Shown: positions 1-10,589 of the stretch, piece after piece | Layout: each line of letters begins with the position of its first letter | Position numbering within the stretch: the stretch's first letter is position 1 | Assembly (NCBI GenBank): GCA_965279525.1 | Contig: CBDIIB010000005.1 | Span: forward strand, 1,760,001-1,824,000 | Reading direction: 5' to 3' | Origin: Tagaea sp. | Lineage (GTDB): Bacteria; Pseudomonadota; Alphaproteobacteria; CACIAM-22H2 | DNA: 64,000 nucleotides | The notes under the pieces: generated by a model | The model's database searches: none | Told to the model about the DNA's origin: nothing | Seen by the model: only the letters and a program-made list of their open reading frames with translations | Translations under genes and position numbers: made by a program

Positions 1-2
1 CG

Positions 3-1085
3 CGCCTGGCCGACGACTGGTACCTCGCCGTCGCCGACGTGACGGGCAGCACGAAGCTGGCGGCCGCCGGGCGCGACCGCGACGTCAACTTCGTCGCCGG
101 CGGCGCCGTGGCCGTGCTGAGCGAGGCGGTGCGCCGCCAAGGCGACGTCGTCGCCTGCCAGTTCGGCGGCGACGGCGCCATCGCCGCCGTCCCGCCCGAG
201 CGCATGGACGCGACGAAGGCAGCCCTTGGCGCGCTCACCTTCTGGGCGAAAGCCGAATACGGCATCGAACTGCGCGTCGGGCTCGTTCCGGTCGCGGCGT
301 TGCGCGCGGCGGGCTTCGACGTGTTCGCGGCCCTGCAGGATTTCGGCGACGACAACGTGTTCGGCCTGTTCCTGGGCGACGGCGTGGTCGCGGCCGACGC
401 ATGGGTGAAGGCCGATACGCGATGGCATGTCCCGGCGAAGGAAGGCCCGCTGCCCGGCCTCGAAGGCCTGTCGTGCCGCTGGCGGCCGGTCCCTGCGCGC
501 CGCGGCGCCATCCTGTGCGTGATCGCCGACCCGACCCAGGCCGGGACCGCGGGCATCGCCACGCTGGGCCGACTGCTGGCCGACATCGACGCCATCGTGC
601 CCACGCGCGATGCCGCCCCGCTCGGCGACGGCAGCCGGCTCGAACCCAAAAGCGTGCCGGGCTGGCGTTCGCTGTGGCTCGAGGCCAAGGCCCAGCCGCG
701 CGGCAAGCGCTTCTTGCGCGTCGTCACCGCGATTGCGGGCTCGGCGATCATCGCACTTGGCCACCTGCTGGGCGGGCGCATCGGCTCGGTCGATGTCGCG
801 GGCTACCGGCGCGGCATGGCCGAACGCTCGGACTACCGCAAGGCGGCGGGCGGCCCGCGCCTCGTGCTCGATGTGACCGACCACGAGGCGGCGAAGATCG
901 AAGCGCTGCTCGCCGAGCGTGAAAAGGCCGGGCTGATCCGTTACGGCACCGCGCGCGCCGATTCCACGACGATCACGTGCCTGGTCGGCGATTTCATGGC
1001 CGACCGGCACGTGCATTTCGTCGATGGCGCCGGCCTCGGTTTCTGGCGCGCGGCCGAGGTCCTGAAGGCGAAGTCCCGCGCCTAG
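3..1085 (+). CDS. DUF3095 family protein (adenylate-cyclase-like fold), 5' end outside window
   Basis: Frame open from base 3 ([17 protein letters not shown]); motifs FGGDGA, GLSCRW and HVHFVDGA are typical of DUF3095. Confidence 0.75.
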   Translation, partial: RLADDWYLAVADVTGSTKLAAAGRDRDVNFVAGGAVAVLSEAVRRQGDVVACQFGGDGAIAAVPPERMDATKAALGALTFWAKAEYGIELRVGLVPVAALRAAGFDVFAALQDFGDDNVFGLFLGDGVVAADAWVKADTRWHVPAKEGPLPGLEGLSCRWRPVPARRGAILCVIADPTQAGTAGIATLGRLLADIDAIVPTRDAAPLGDGSRLEPKSVPGWRSLWLEAKAQPRGKRFLRVVTAIAGSAIIALGHLLGGRIGSVDVAGYRRGMAERSDYRKAAGGPRLVLDVTDHEAAKIEALLAEREKAGLIRYGTARADSTTITCLVGDFMADRHVHFVDGAGLGFWRAAEVLKAKSRA

Positions 1086-1834
1086 CCGCGGCCGATGAAC
1101 GGCATCTTGGTCGACATGACGGTGACGAACTGGATGTTGGCGTCGAGCGGCAGGCTTGCCATCAGCGCCACCGTCTTGCCGACGTTTTCCACGCCCATCG
1201 TCGGCTCGACCGCCATCGTGCCGTTGGCCTGCGGCACGCCCTTGGCCATGCGCGCGGTCATCTCGGTCGCGGCATTGCCGATGTCGACCTGGCCGCACGC
1301 GATGTCGTACTTGCGCCCGTCGAGCGACACGGAGCGCGTCAGGCCCGTGACGGCATGCTTGGTCGCGGTATAGGCGACCGAACCCGGGCGCGGCACATGG
1401 GCCGAGATCGAGCCGTTGTTGACGATGCGTCCGCCCTGCGGCGTCTGGTCCTTCATCATCCGGAAGGCCGCGCGCGTGCAGTAGAACATCCCGTTCAGGT
1501 TCACGTCGACGATGCGCCGCCAGTCGGCCGGCGACACGTCCTCGATCGACGTGGCGGGCAGGCCGGCACCGGCGTTGTTGAACAGGAAATCGACGCGGCC
1601 GAATTTCGCCTTCACGGCCGCGAACAGCTTGTCGACGGCCGCGTCGTCGCTGACGTCGGTGGGCACGCTCAGGGCCGGGTTCTTCAGCATCGCCTTCGTG
1701 GCATCGAGCGCGTCGGCACGGCGGCCCACGAGCACGACGCTGAAGCCGCCCTCGTCCAGCGCCACGGCGACCGAACGGCCCACGCCCGAGCCCGCACCCG
1801 TCACGACGGCGATCTTCTTCTGCTGGTCCGACAT
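1082..1834 (-). CDS. SDR family oxidoreductase
   Basis: TGAGSGVG Rossmann motif, NNAG, YTATK catalytic YxxxK. Confidence 0.93.
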   Translation of the reverse strand: MSDQQKKIAVVTGAGSGVGRSVAVALDEGGFSVVLVGRRADALDATKAMLKNPALSVPTDVSDDAAVDKLFAAVKAKFGRVDFLFNNAGAGLPATSIEDVSPADWRRIVDVNLNGMFYCTRAAFRMMKDQTPQGGRIVNNGSISAHVPRPGSVAYTATKHAVTGLTRSVSLDGRKYDIACGQVDIGNAATEMTARMAKGVPQANGTMAVEPTMGVENVGKTVALMASLPLDANIQFVTVMSTKMPFIGRG

Positions 1835-1861
1835 TCCGAAACTTCCTCCCGTTGATGCCGT

Positions 1862-2374
1862 CTAGCGGATCTCGTCGCTGCGGCTGAAATCGAGCTTGAC
1901 GCTCGAGACGTTGCCACCCCATTCCTCGACCAGCGCTTCCTGGCGTTCGGAGAGGCGGCGCTGCTCGCGCTCCTCCTCGACGCGCACGATGCGCCGGAGC
2001 AGGAACGGGATGCCGAAATAGAGCACGACGCCGATCACGGCGCCAAGATAGGCGTAGACATAGGCCGAGCCCCACATCAGCGGGGCGGTCTTGAGGCCGC
2101 CGCCGATCGACAGCAGCGCGAAGGGCAGGCTGCCGGCGAAATTGAGGGATCCCACGCACAGCGTGCCGCGCCGCTCGGGATCGTCGTCGACCAGCGCCAT
2201 GGCGAGCGTGGGCAGGCTCGCGATCGCCATGTAGATCGCGGTCATCGGCCACATCACCAGCAGCAGCACGGCCGAGACGCCGGCGAGCAGCCAGGCGGCC
2301 GGTGCGAACCGCCTGGCCCAGCTGCGCGAGCGCTGCTGGGCGCGCGTCATGATGTTTTCCGCACCCTTCTTCAT
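1862..2374 (-). CDS. Hypothetical multi-pass membrane protein coupled to the kinase-like gene
   Basis: ATG at 2374 overlaps the upstream stop (ATGA); several hydrophobic helices then a charged coiled tail (EEEREQRRLSERQEALVEEWG). Confidence 0.75.
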   Translation of the reverse strand: MKKGAENIMTRAQQRSRSWARRFAPAAWLLAGVSAVLLLVMWPMTAIYMAIASLPTLAMALVDDDPERRGTLCVGSLNFAGSLPFALLSIGGGLKTAPLMWGSAYVYAYLGAVIGVVLYFGIPFLLRRIVRVEEEREQRRLSERQEALVEEWGGNVSSVKLDFSRSDEIR

Positions 2375-4398
2375 GGCAGGTACGCCGCGAGCACGCCGAA
2401 GAACGTGGCGAGTGCGAGCGAGCCGGCGGCGAGCGTCGCCGTCTCGCGGCCGCGATATGTCGCTTGCCGGCCGCGGTCGAGCATCACGAGATCGGCCTTG
2501 CCGAGCCGTTCGCTTGCCGCGGCATATTCGGTCTTGGCGGAATCGAAACCCTTCTTGTCGGCTTCCAGCGCCACGCGGTCGTCGACGATGCCGAGCAGCC
2601 CCTGCAGGTCGCCTTGGCCGATGGCCGCCTCGCTCTTGCGCGCGATCAGCTCCTTGGTCGAGATGCGCTGGAACTGCTCGAGCGTCGGGCGCACGAGCAC
2701 GGCGCACTGGGCGGCGAGGTTGGGCAGCGAGCCCACGAGATACGTCTCCTGCAGGTGGGCGAGCAGGCGCAGCGAAGCCATGCGCGCCTCCTCGTCGGCC
2801 GCACCGCCCATCAGGCCCTTGAGCGCCGTCTCGTCGGCGGCCCCGCGCGCGGCCATGAAGGCGGCTATGTGGCGGTCGAAGCCCTTCTGGTCGCCGTCGG
2901 CGATGGCCGCGTCGATGGCGGGCAGCAGTTCACCGGGCGATTCGACCCACTGGTCGATGCACATCGGCGAGATGCAGGGCAGGCGGTGGTCGAGCTCGTA
3001 GAGGCAGCGTTCGAGGCCCGAGCCCGGGACCGGTTCCATCGCCCAGCGCGACAGCCGCTCGTAGGCCGTGAGCTTGCGCGCGGTGCGCGTGGCGGCGCTC
3101 TGTGCGGCCTGCTGCGCGCTGACCCATTCGAGATGCAGGCCGGCGCGGAACATCGAATCGTAGGCCGGCAGCGTGTCGCGGCTGCTGAGATACGCGCGCG
3201 CGAGTGCGGGAGCCGCCCCGTCGGGGCGCACCGCGATGCCGGAGATGTGGACCGGCCCCATCGGATCGAGCGCCATGCAGATGCGCGCGACGAGGGCCGG
3301 ATCGCCGTCGCGCCCGGCCGAACTCTCCGCCAGCGACATCGCCTGGACCTTCTTGGCGGCACCGTCGTCGGGCAAGGCGCGGCGCACCCAGTCGGCGAGC
3401 GTGCCCGTGCGGATCGCGGCGGTCGCCTGCGGCGGGTTCTTCGCCAGAGCCAACGCGATCTCGCGCCCGGTGCGATAGAGCTTGCCCTCGAACAAGAAGG
3501 GCTCGCGCGCCTTGGCAAGGCTGGTGATGCGCGGCAGCGCGGGCCGGCCGCCGTCGAGCCATTTGGCGAGCGTGGGCAGCGTCCAGCGCTCGGCCGGATC
3601 GTCGGCGAGCGTGCCGCGGAAGAAGTCGTAGAGCTCGGTGGGCGGGTTGTACTTGCCGGCAAGCGCGTCCCAGTTGCCGACCTCGATGCGCCGCTCGATG
3701 ACGGCGGCATCGTCCGCTTCGGCCATCGGCCAGCGGCCCATCGCGAGGGCGAGCGCCGTCGCCCCCAGCGAGAACACGTCGTCGATCGCGGTCCCGGGCC
3801 CGCGGCCGTAGGGATCGCAGATTGCAAGCTCGAGCGGTTCGAACTGGGCGGGCTGGCGGGCCCCCGGCGGGCCCGCGGTGCACGGGCCCACGATCAGCTT
3901 CGACTGGCCGAAATCGTACCAGAAGACGTTGTCGGGCCGGATCGCGCGGTGGGCCACGCCGCGGCGCACGTACTCGGCCAGCATCTGGGTGACCGGCGAC
4001 ACGAAATTGCGCACCAGCATGCGCGCGTCGAGTGCCTGCATCGTGGCGTTGCGCCGCAGGAGCGCCGCCCCGGCCGGCGTTTCGTAGATCATCGCGTAGC
4101 GGCGCGTGCCGTCGGGCCATTCGACCGGGCCGTGGTCGAGCATCTTGGCCCCGCCCACATGCATCAGCCCCTTGATCTGCGCGCAGGCGGCCACGCGCGG
4201 CAACTGCTCGGGGCGCGCGATCAGCGCAGTACAGGCGGTGTCGGGCTGGGTCTGGTCGAGGGCGACGAACGCCTCGGCCGCCGGCGTGGCGAGGTCCATC
4301 ACCGTCTGGCCGGGACGGATCTTGAACCGATCGCCCAGCGGCACGTCGCGCGAATTGCTGGGCGCGCGTGCGGTCGCGTTTTCCCCGCCTTCGGCCAT
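2371..4398 (-). CDS. Ser/Thr protein kinase-like protein (probable pseudokinase) with C-terminal TM anchor
   Basis: HRAIRPDN catalytic-loop variant, FEPLE, DVFSLG (subdomain IX), DPAERW (XI); hydrophobic C-terminus. Confidence 0.75.
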   Translation of the reverse strand: MAEGGENATARAPSNSRDVPLGDRFKIRPGQTVMDLATPAAEAFVALDQTQPDTACTALIARPEQLPRVAACAQIKGLMHVGGAKMLDHGPVEWPDGTRRYAMIYETPAGAALLRRNATMQALDARMLVRNFVSPVTQMLAEYVRRGVAHRAIRPDNVFWYDFGQSKLIVGPCTAGPPGARQPAQFEPLELAICDPYGRGPGTAIDDVFSLGATALALAMGRWPMAEADDAAVIERRIEVGNWDALAGKYNPPTELYDFFRGTLADDPAERWTLPTLAKWLDGGRPALPRITSLAKAREPFLFEGKLYRTGREIALALAKNPPQATAAIRTGTLADWVRRALPDDGAAKKVQAMSLAESSAGRDGDPALVARICMALDPMGPVHISGIAVRPDGAAPALARAYLSSRDTLPAYDSMFRAGLHLEWVSAQQAAQSAATRTARKLTAYERLSRWAMEPVPGSGLERCLYELDHRLPCISPMCIDQWVESPGELLPAIDAAIADGDQKGFDRHIAAFMAARGAADETALKGLMGGAADEEARMASLRLLAHLQETYLVGSLPNLAAQCAVLVRPTLEQFQRISTKELIARKSEAAIGQGDLQGLLGIVDDRVALEADKKGFDSAKTEYAAASERLGKADLVMLDRGRQATYRGRETATLAAGSLALATFFGVLAAYLP

Positions 4399-4505
4399 TC
4401 AGATTCCAGATACGTCCAGTTGGGGTGCCGGCATCAGTCGGACAATTTGCTCCGTATGGCGGCGCTTGTCAGGTCCAATTCGACAATTCTACGCCAAATC
4501 TTGCG

Positions 4506-5072
4506 TCAATCGGCGCCGGCCGGGGCCGCCGGCGCTTCGCCTTCGTCCTCGCCGTCGAGCGACATCGACAGATCGAGCAGGGCGGGGGCGCGGTCGATGA
4601 TCTCGCGCAGGATCTTCTCGGCAAGCTCGACGTCGTGCACGGTCTCGCCCTGCAGTCCGTCGGAATAGGGCGGGGCGGACAGCGCGTTCTTGAGCGTGTA
4701 GATCGCGCGCAGCTCGCGCAGGAAAAGGTCCTTGGCGCCCAGCGGCAGCTCCTTCGAGCCCGCCACCAGCGCCATCAGCTCGATCGACGTCTTGAGCTGG
4801 CGGGACATCTGGCCGACGCGCGCGGAGCGGAACCGCGCTTCCAGCGTCGTGCGCTCCTCGCCCGCCGGCACCTTCTTGATGCGGTACTCGATCAGGATGC
4901 AGAAGCTGTCGAAGTCGTTGACCGCGTCGGCGAAGCGCTTGTAGGCCGAGTAGCTCGAGCGCGCGACGTCGTCTTTCGTGTGCGCGAGGACTTCGGCGAT
5001 CCCTTCGGCCTTCTCGTCGAGCGCATCCAGAAAGCGACGTGCCTCGTCGGCGGGGTTGACAGTCCTTGCCAT
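4506..5072 (-). CDS. Hypothetical helical protein
   Basis: 188-aa ORF with host-like codon usage; ATG at 5072 preceded by GAGAG. Confidence 0.65.
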   Translation of the reverse strand: MARTVNPADEARRFLDALDEKAEGIAEVLAHTKDDVARSSYSAYKRFADAVNDFDSFCILIEYRIKKVPAGEERTTLEARFRSARVGQMSRQLKTSIELMALVAGSKELPLGAKDLFLRELRAIYTLKNALSAPPYSDGLQGETVHDVELAEKILREIIDRAPALLDLSMSLDGEDEGEAPAAPAGAD

Positions 5073-5160
5073 AAGCAACGACTCTCGCCATTCCGCCCCG
5101 CCCGTCAAGACAATCCCGACGGCCGGCCGGCGCAACCCTGCCCTGCGAAAGGCACCCGAG

Positions 5161-5862
5161 ATGACGGCCGAACTTTTTCGCGACGATTCCTACCTCAAGA
5201 CAGCCGAGGCGGTCGTGCGCGAGGTGCGCGCCGACGGCATCGTGCTCGACCGCACGATCTTCTATCCCTCGGGCGGCGGGCAGCCGGGCGACACGGGTGT
5301 CCTGGCGCGCGCCGACGGCACGCGCGTGGCCATCGCCGACACGCGCAAGGGCGAGGGCGGCATCCTGCATGTCCCGGCCCCCGACCAGCCCGCCCTTGCC
5401 GCGGGCGACGCGGTCACGCTCGAGCTCGACTGGGAGCGGCGCTACCGGCACATGCGCATGCACACCTGCCTGCATCTGCTGTGCGCGGTCATTCCCGCCG
5501 GCGTGACGGGCGGGCAGGTGGGTGCCGAGCGTTCGCGTCTCGACTTCGATCCGGGCGAGGTCGTCTTCGACAAGGCGCATATCGAAAGCGAGCTCAACCG
5601 GCTGATCGGCGAGGACCATGCGGTGGCGCCGCAGTGGGTCGACGAGAGCGAACTCGACACCCGCCCCGAACTGGTCCGCACGATGTCGGTCAAGCCGCCG
5701 CGCGGGACCGGGCGGCTGCGCCTGCTCGAGGTGGCGGGCGTCGACCTGCAGCCGTGCGGCGGCACGCATGTCGCGCGCACGGCCGAGATCGGCCGCGTCG
5801 TGGTCGAGAAGATCGAGAACAAGGGCAAGCGCAACCGCCGGGTGGTCGTGGCGCTGGCCTGA
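5161..5862 (+). CDS. alaX: Alanyl-tRNA editing protein (AlaX family)
   Basis: FYPSGGGQPGD, HTCLH and CGGTH zinc-binding motifs. Confidence 0.92.
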   Translation: MTAELFRDDSYLKTAEAVVREVRADGIVLDRTIFYPSGGGQPGDTGVLARADGTRVAIADTRKGEGGILHVPAPDQPALAAGDAVTLELDWERRYRHMRMHTCLHLLCAVIPAGVTGGQVGAERSRLDFDPGEVVFDKAHIESELNRLIGEDHAVAPQWVDESELDTRPELVRTMSVKPPRGTGRLRLLEVAGVDLQPCGGTHVARTAEIGRVVVEKIENKGKRNRRVVVALA

Positions 5863-5913
5863 CGCTGCCCGGGGGGGCTTGCGGACCGGTCCGGCGACGG
5901 TCATATATCCGCA

Positions 5914-6729
5914 ATGGCTCACTGGACCCTCGACGACATCGACTGGACCGCGTTTCGCCCCGATCTCGTGGATCCGGAGCTGCTGCGCGTGGCCAAGGCC
6001 GCCGCCCTCGTCGAGCACAATGGTGCCGATTACGCGATCTATCTCAACAACGTCTTCGCCGGCGACGGTGCGATCGGGCCGGCGATCGATTCGTGGGCGC
6101 TGGAAGAGGTGCAGCACGGCAAGGCGCTGGCGCGCTGGGCGAAGCTTGCCGATCCGGCGTGGGATTTCGACGCCGCGTTCGCCCGCTTCGTCGAAGGCTA
6201 TCGCATCCCCTTGGATGCCGCCGCCTCGGTGCGTGGCTCGCGCACGGCCGAACTCATCGCGCGCTGCATCGTCGAGACCGGGACAAGCTCATACTACGCG
6301 GCCCTTGCCGACGCGTCGGACGAGCCGGTGTTCAAACAGGTATGCCGGCACATCGCGGCGGACGAGCTGCGCCACTACAAGCTTTTCTACGACCACATGC
6401 GCCGCTACCAGGGCATGGAAAATCTCGGGCGCTGGGGCCGGCTGATGACCGGCATCGGGCGCATCACCGAATCGGAAGACGACGAGCTTTCCTACGCCTA
6501 CTACGCGGCCAACCAATGGCCCGCACCGTATGACCGGCGGACCAGTGCACGCGCCTATGCCAGGCGGGCCTATTCGGTCTATCGCGGCAAGCATATCGAG
6601 CGCGGTATCGGAATGGCGCTGAAGGCGGTCGGCCTGCGCCCGCAGGGCGGGCTGCACCGGGCGATCGCCGCCCTTGCCACGCGGCTGATGGCCGCCCGCG
6701 CCCGTTCGCTCGCCCGGGCCGGGGCCTGA
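5914..6729 (+). CDS. Ferritin-like di-iron protein (acyl-ACP desaturase/rubrerythrin-like)
   Basis: Two ExxH motifs (EEVQH, DELRH) and ETGTSSYY. Confidence 0.8.
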   Translation: MAHWTLDDIDWTAFRPDLVDPELLRVAKAAALVEHNGADYAIYLNNVFAGDGAIGPAIDSWALEEVQHGKALARWAKLADPAWDFDAAFARFVEGYRIPLDAAASVRGSRTAELIARCIVETGTSSYYAALADASDEPVFKQVCRHIAADELRHYKLFYDHMRRYQGMENLGRWGRLMTGIGRITESEDDELSYAYYAANQWPAPYDRRTSARAYARRAYSVYRGKHIERGIGMALKAVGLRPQGGLHRAIAALATRLMAARARSLARAGA

Positions 6730-6757
6730 CGGCCAATCCGCGCTTGAACGGGACTGG

Positions 6758-6775
6758 CCGTCATCGGATTGTAAC
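6758..6775 (+). promoter_or_regulatory. Putative PHO box (PhoB site)
   Basis: CCGTCAT-CGGA-TTGTAAC fits the 7-4-7 CTGTCAT direct-repeat consensus, about 55 nt upstream of the ABC binding-protein gene. Confidence 0.55.
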
Positions 6776-6828
6776 CTAAGTCCGTTAGTCCGGAGCCTCA
6801 ACCGGAACGACAGGGAGTGCCCACGCCC

Positions 6829-7809
6829 ATGAAACGCATTGTCCATGCCGCCGCGATTTTCGCAGCGCTTTTCCTCGCCGCATCCGCAAGCGCCCAGTCC
6901 GGCCGTCTCACGCTCTACACGTCGCAGCCCCAGGCCGACGCGCAGGCGACGATCGACGCGTTCCGCAAGGTCCACCCGAACGTCGAAGTCATGTTCGTGC
7001 GCGACGGGACCACACAGCTGATGAACCGCCTGCAGGCCGAGTTCGTCGCAGGCCAGCCCCAGCCCGACCTGCTGCTGATCGCCGACGCGATGACGATGGA
7101 AGCGCTGAAGCGCGAGAACCGCCTTGCCGCATATCCCGAGGCGAAGACCGACGGCCTGCCCGCCGGCAGCCACGACGCGCAGAAGACCTATTTCGCGACC
7201 AAGCTGATCTCGACCGGCATCGTCTACAACAAGGCCGCGTCGATGAAGCCCGAAAGCTGGGCCGACCTCCTGAAGCCCGAAGCGAAGGGCCAGCTCATCA
7301 TGCCCTCGCCGCTGTTCTCGGGTGCCGCCGCCATCCATATGGGTGCCGTCACGCGCGCGCCGGGTCTCGGCTGGGCCTTCTACGAGGGCCTGCAGAAGAA
7401 CGGCGCCCAGGCCGCGCGCGGCAATCCCGCCGTGCTCGAAGCGGTCGCCGGCGGCCAGAAGCTCTACGGCGTCATCGTCGATTTCATGGCGATCCGGGCC
7501 AAGGAGCGCGGCTCGCCGGTCGAGTTCGTGTTCCCGAAGGAAGGTGTGACGTTCGTGACCGAGCCGGTCGCGATCCTGCGCACGGCCAAGAACCCGGCCG
7601 CCGCGCGTGCCTTCGTCGATTTCCTGATCGCACCGGAAGGCCAGGCGCTTGCCGCCGGGCAGGGCATGTTCCCGGCGCGCGCCGACGTGAAGCCGCCCGC
7701 CGGCTTCCCCAACCTCGCCGGCATCAAGATGATGGCGATCGACGTGGCCGCGATCCTGGCTTCCGACGAGAAGGACAAGGAACGCTTCTCGGAAATGTTC
7801 GGCCGCTGA
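6829..7809 (+). CDS. ABC transporter substrate-binding protein (AfuA/FbpA-like)
   Basis: Signal peptide, LTLYTS, PESWADLL, FVFPKEG, AFVDFL. Confidence 0.88.
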   Translation: MKRIVHAAAIFAALFLAASASAQSGRLTLYTSQPQADAQATIDAFRKVHPNVEVMFVRDGTTQLMNRLQAEFVAGQPQPDLLLIADAMTMEALKRENRLAAYPEAKTDGLPAGSHDAQKTYFATKLISTGIVYNKAASMKPESWADLLKPEAKGQLIMPSPLFSGAAAIHMGAVTRAPGLGWAFYEGLQKNGAQAARGNPAVLEAVAGGQKLYGVIVDFMAIRAKERGSPVEFVFPKEGVTFVTEPVAILRTAKNPAAARAFVDFLIAPEGQALAAGQGMFPARADVKPPAGFPNLAGIKMMAIDVAAILASDEKDKERFSEMFGR

Positions 7810-7825
7810 TGACGCGGACGCGGGC

Positions 7826-9523
7826 TTGAGCGGCCGGCCACAGACCGCCGGCGAGCAGGGTTTCGTCGTCCTGCTGCTGGCGTTCGTCGGCCTGCTGGCG
7901 CTGTGGCCGATGGGACGGCTGGCGATGGAAGCCGTCGCCCCGCGCGGCGGCCTCGTCGATTTCTCGGTCGCCGAACGCGTGCTGTCGGCCCCGTCGACGT
8001 GGCGCGCGGCGTGGCGCACGCTCGAAACCTCGGTCGCCGGCACCGTGATCTCGCTGGCACTGGGCGTGGGCTTCGCGCTGTGCGTGGCGCTGACCGACAT
8101 CCGCGCCAAGGCCGTGCTCGTCTTCCTGTTCGTGCTGCCGCTCGTGGTGCCCTCGCAGATCGCGGCCCTCGCGTGGATCAATCTTGCCGGCCCGCAGAGC
8201 GCGCTGCTGGGCGCTTTCGGCCTTGCCCCGCCGCCGGGTTCGCCCAACCCGATGCTGGGGCGCGAGGGGATCGCGTGGCTGCTCGGCCTCGAACATGCCC
8301 CGCTCGTGTTCCTTGCCGTGCGCGCCGGCCTGCGCGCCCTGCCGCGCGAGGCAATCGAGGCGGCGCGCGCGTGCGGGGCCGACCGCTGGCGCACCACGCG
8401 AAACGTCGTGGTGCCGCTGATGGGCCCGGCGATCCTCGCGGGCGCGTTGCTTGCGTTCGTCTCGTCGATCGGCAATTTCGGCACGCCGGCGCTGATGGGC
8501 ATCCCGGTCGGCTATTCGACGCTCGTCACGCTCATCTACCAGCGCCTTGCCGGGTTTGGCCCGGCGGTGTTCGCGCAGGCGGCCGTGCTGTCGGCGATGA
8601 TCGGCATTTTTGCGCTTCTCATGCTGTGGCTGCACGCGCGCGCGCGCCGGGCGCTGGATGCGCGCATCGAGGGAACCGGCCAACCGATGGAACCCTGGCA
8701 TCTTGGCCGGCTGCGCCTGCCGGTCGAGATCGCGATCTGGCTCTTCCTCGTCTTCGTGTCGCTGGTCCCGTTCGCGGCATTGCTGGCAAGTGCCCTGGTC
8801 CCGGCCATCGGCGTCGAACTCACGCCGGCCACGGCCACGCTGCGCGCCTTCGCCGAAGCCCTGCGCCAGTCGGCGGTCACGCGCGCCTTCGCCAACTCGT
8901 TCCTGCTGTCGGGGGCGGCGGCTTTGCTGTGCGTGGCGATCGCCGTCCCGCTCGCCTATTTCACGACGTGGCGGCGCGGCATGCTCGTGCGGCTGGCCGG
9001 TGCCCTGGTCGAGCTTCCCTACGCGATGCCGGGCATCGTGCTGTCGATCGCCTGCATCCTCGTCTTCATCCGGCCGATCCCGATCCTCGAGGTGTCGATC
9101 TACGGCACGCTGTGGATCATCCTGATCGCGTATGTCGCGCGCTTTCTCGTACTCGCCCTGCGGCCCATCGGGGCGGGCTTCGCCCAGCTCGACCCCGCAC
9201 TCGACGATGCGGCGGCGGCGGCAGGTGCTCGTTTCGGCAGGCGGTTGCGCACGATCTCTTTGCCGCTGATGGCGCCGGCGGCGGGGGCCGGGGCGATCCT
9301 CGTGTTTCTCACGGCGCTCAACGAACTCACCGTTTCAGCACTGCTGTGGTCGTCGGGCTCGGAGACGCTGGGCGTGATGGTGTTCTCGCTGCAGGAAGGC
9401 GGCGATTCCCCGCTTGCCGCCGCCGTGTCGGTCATCGCGGTCGGCGTCGTCGTCGTGGCGATGGCGGCCCTCACGCTCATGACGCGCCGCCTGCCGCGCG
9501 GCGTGCTGCCGTGGGCGGATTGA
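7826..9523 (+). CDS. ABC transporter permease (AfuB/FbpB-like, two domains)
   Basis: Two EAA-like loops (EAARACGA, DAAAAAGA) and many TM helices; TTG start. Confidence 0.88.
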   Translation: MSGRPQTAGEQGFVVLLLAFVGLLALWPMGRLAMEAVAPRGGLVDFSVAERVLSAPSTWRAAWRTLETSVAGTVISLALGVGFALCVALTDIRAKAVLVFLFVLPLVVPSQIAALAWINLAGPQSALLGAFGLAPPPGSPNPMLGREGIAWLLGLEHAPLVFLAVRAGLRALPREAIEAARACGADRWRTTRNVVVPLMGPAILAGALLAFVSSIGNFGTPALMGIPVGYSTLVTLIYQRLAGFGPAVFAQAAVLSAMIGIFALLMLWLHARARRALDARIEGTGQPMEPWHLGRLRLPVEIAIWLFLVFVSLVPFAALLASALVPAIGVELTPATATLRAFAEALRQSAVTRAFANSFLLSGAAALLCVAIAVPLAYFTTWRRGMLVRLAGALVELPYAMPGIVLSIACILVFIRPIPILEVSIYGTLWIILIAYVARFLVLALRPIGAGFAQLDPALDDAAAAAGARFGRRLRTISLPLMAPAAGAGAILVFLTALNELTVSALLWSSGSETLGVMVFSLQEGGDSPLAAAVSVIAVGVVVVAMAALTLMTRRLPRGVLPWAD

Positions 9524-9524
9524 G

Positions 9525-10589
9525 CTAGGGCACGATCCAGCCGTCGCGCAGGCCCAGCGTCAGCACCGCGTCGGGCTGCGGCGTGAACGTGTCGGGCAGC
9601 GTCAGGCGCAGATGTGCGGCCGGTGCCGAAACCGGTTCGGCATCGACGTCCCAGAAGCCGCCGGTATAGGCCGCCCGCCGGATGCGCGCGGCAAAGCCGC
9701 GTTCGGCGATGCCCATGTCTTCGGGCCGCAGGCAAAGCTTGGCCGGGCCCGTCGCCTGGCCGGCGCGTGCGCGGACCAGGAATTCGGCTCCGTAGAGATC
9801 GATGCGCGCGCGGGTTCCCTCGACCGCGCGTACCGCGATGTCGAGGATGGTGCCGCGCCCGACGAACGCGCCGATTTCGGCGGTGGCGGGTTCGCGATAG
9901 AGCGTTCGCGGGTCGGCGAACTGGACGATCTTTCCTTCCGACATGACCGCGATGCGGTCGGCGAGCGCCATCGCCTCGGCCTGGTCGTGCGTGACGTAGA
10001 GCATCGTCGCCTTGGTCGCGGCGTGGAACTCGGCGAAGGCATCGAGCATGCTGGCGCGCAGATGCACGTCGAGATTGGCGAGCGGCTCGTCGAGCAGCAC
10101 GATCGCGGGGTCCATCGCAAGGCAGCGCGCCAGCGCCACGCGCTGGCGCTGGCCGCCGGAAAGCTCGGCCGGGCGGCGGCGGTCATAGCCGGAAAGCCCG
10201 ACGGTGGCGAGGGCGGCGTCCACGCGGGCACGCCACGCCTCGCCCCTCACGCCCGCGACGTCGAGCGCGTAGCCCACGTTGTGCGCGACATCCATGTGCG
10301 GCCACAGCGCATAGGACTGGAAGACGATGCCGACCTTGCGATCCTCGGGCGGCACATGCGTGCCCTCGCCCGAAACGGTGCGCCCGCCAAGGCGGATCGT
10401 GCCGGCGTCGGCCGTCTCGAAACCGGCGACGAGGCGCAGCAGTGTCGATTTCCCGCAGCCCGATTCGCCCAGCAACGCGACCAGTTCGCCGTCCGCGACG
10501 TCGAGCGAGATGTCGGACACCGCCGCCACCTTCGTGCCGGTCGACGTGGCGAAGCGCTTGGAGACGTGGCTGACGGCAAGAGCGCTCAT
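9525..10589 (-). CDS. ABC transporter ATP-binding protein (AfuC/PotA-like)
   Basis: GESGCGKS Walker A, LSGGQ signature, LLDEP Walker B, THDQAEA. Confidence 0.93.
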   Translation of the reverse strand: MSALAVSHVSKRFATSTGTKVAAVSDISLDVADGELVALLGESGCGKSTLLRLVAGFETADAGTIRLGGRTVSGEGTHVPPEDRKVGIVFQSYALWPHMDVAHNVGYALDVAGVRGEAWRARVDAALATVGLSGYDRRRPAELSGGQRQRVALARCLAMDPAIVLLDEPLANLDVHLRASMLDAFAEFHAATKATMLYVTHDQAEAMALADRIAVMSEGKIVQFADPRTLYREPATAEIGAFVGRGTILDIAVRAVEGTRARIDLYGAEFLVRARAGQATGPAKLCLRPEDMGIAERGFAARIRRAAYTGGFWDVDAEPVSAPAAHLRLTLPDTFTPQPDAVLTLGLRDGWIVP

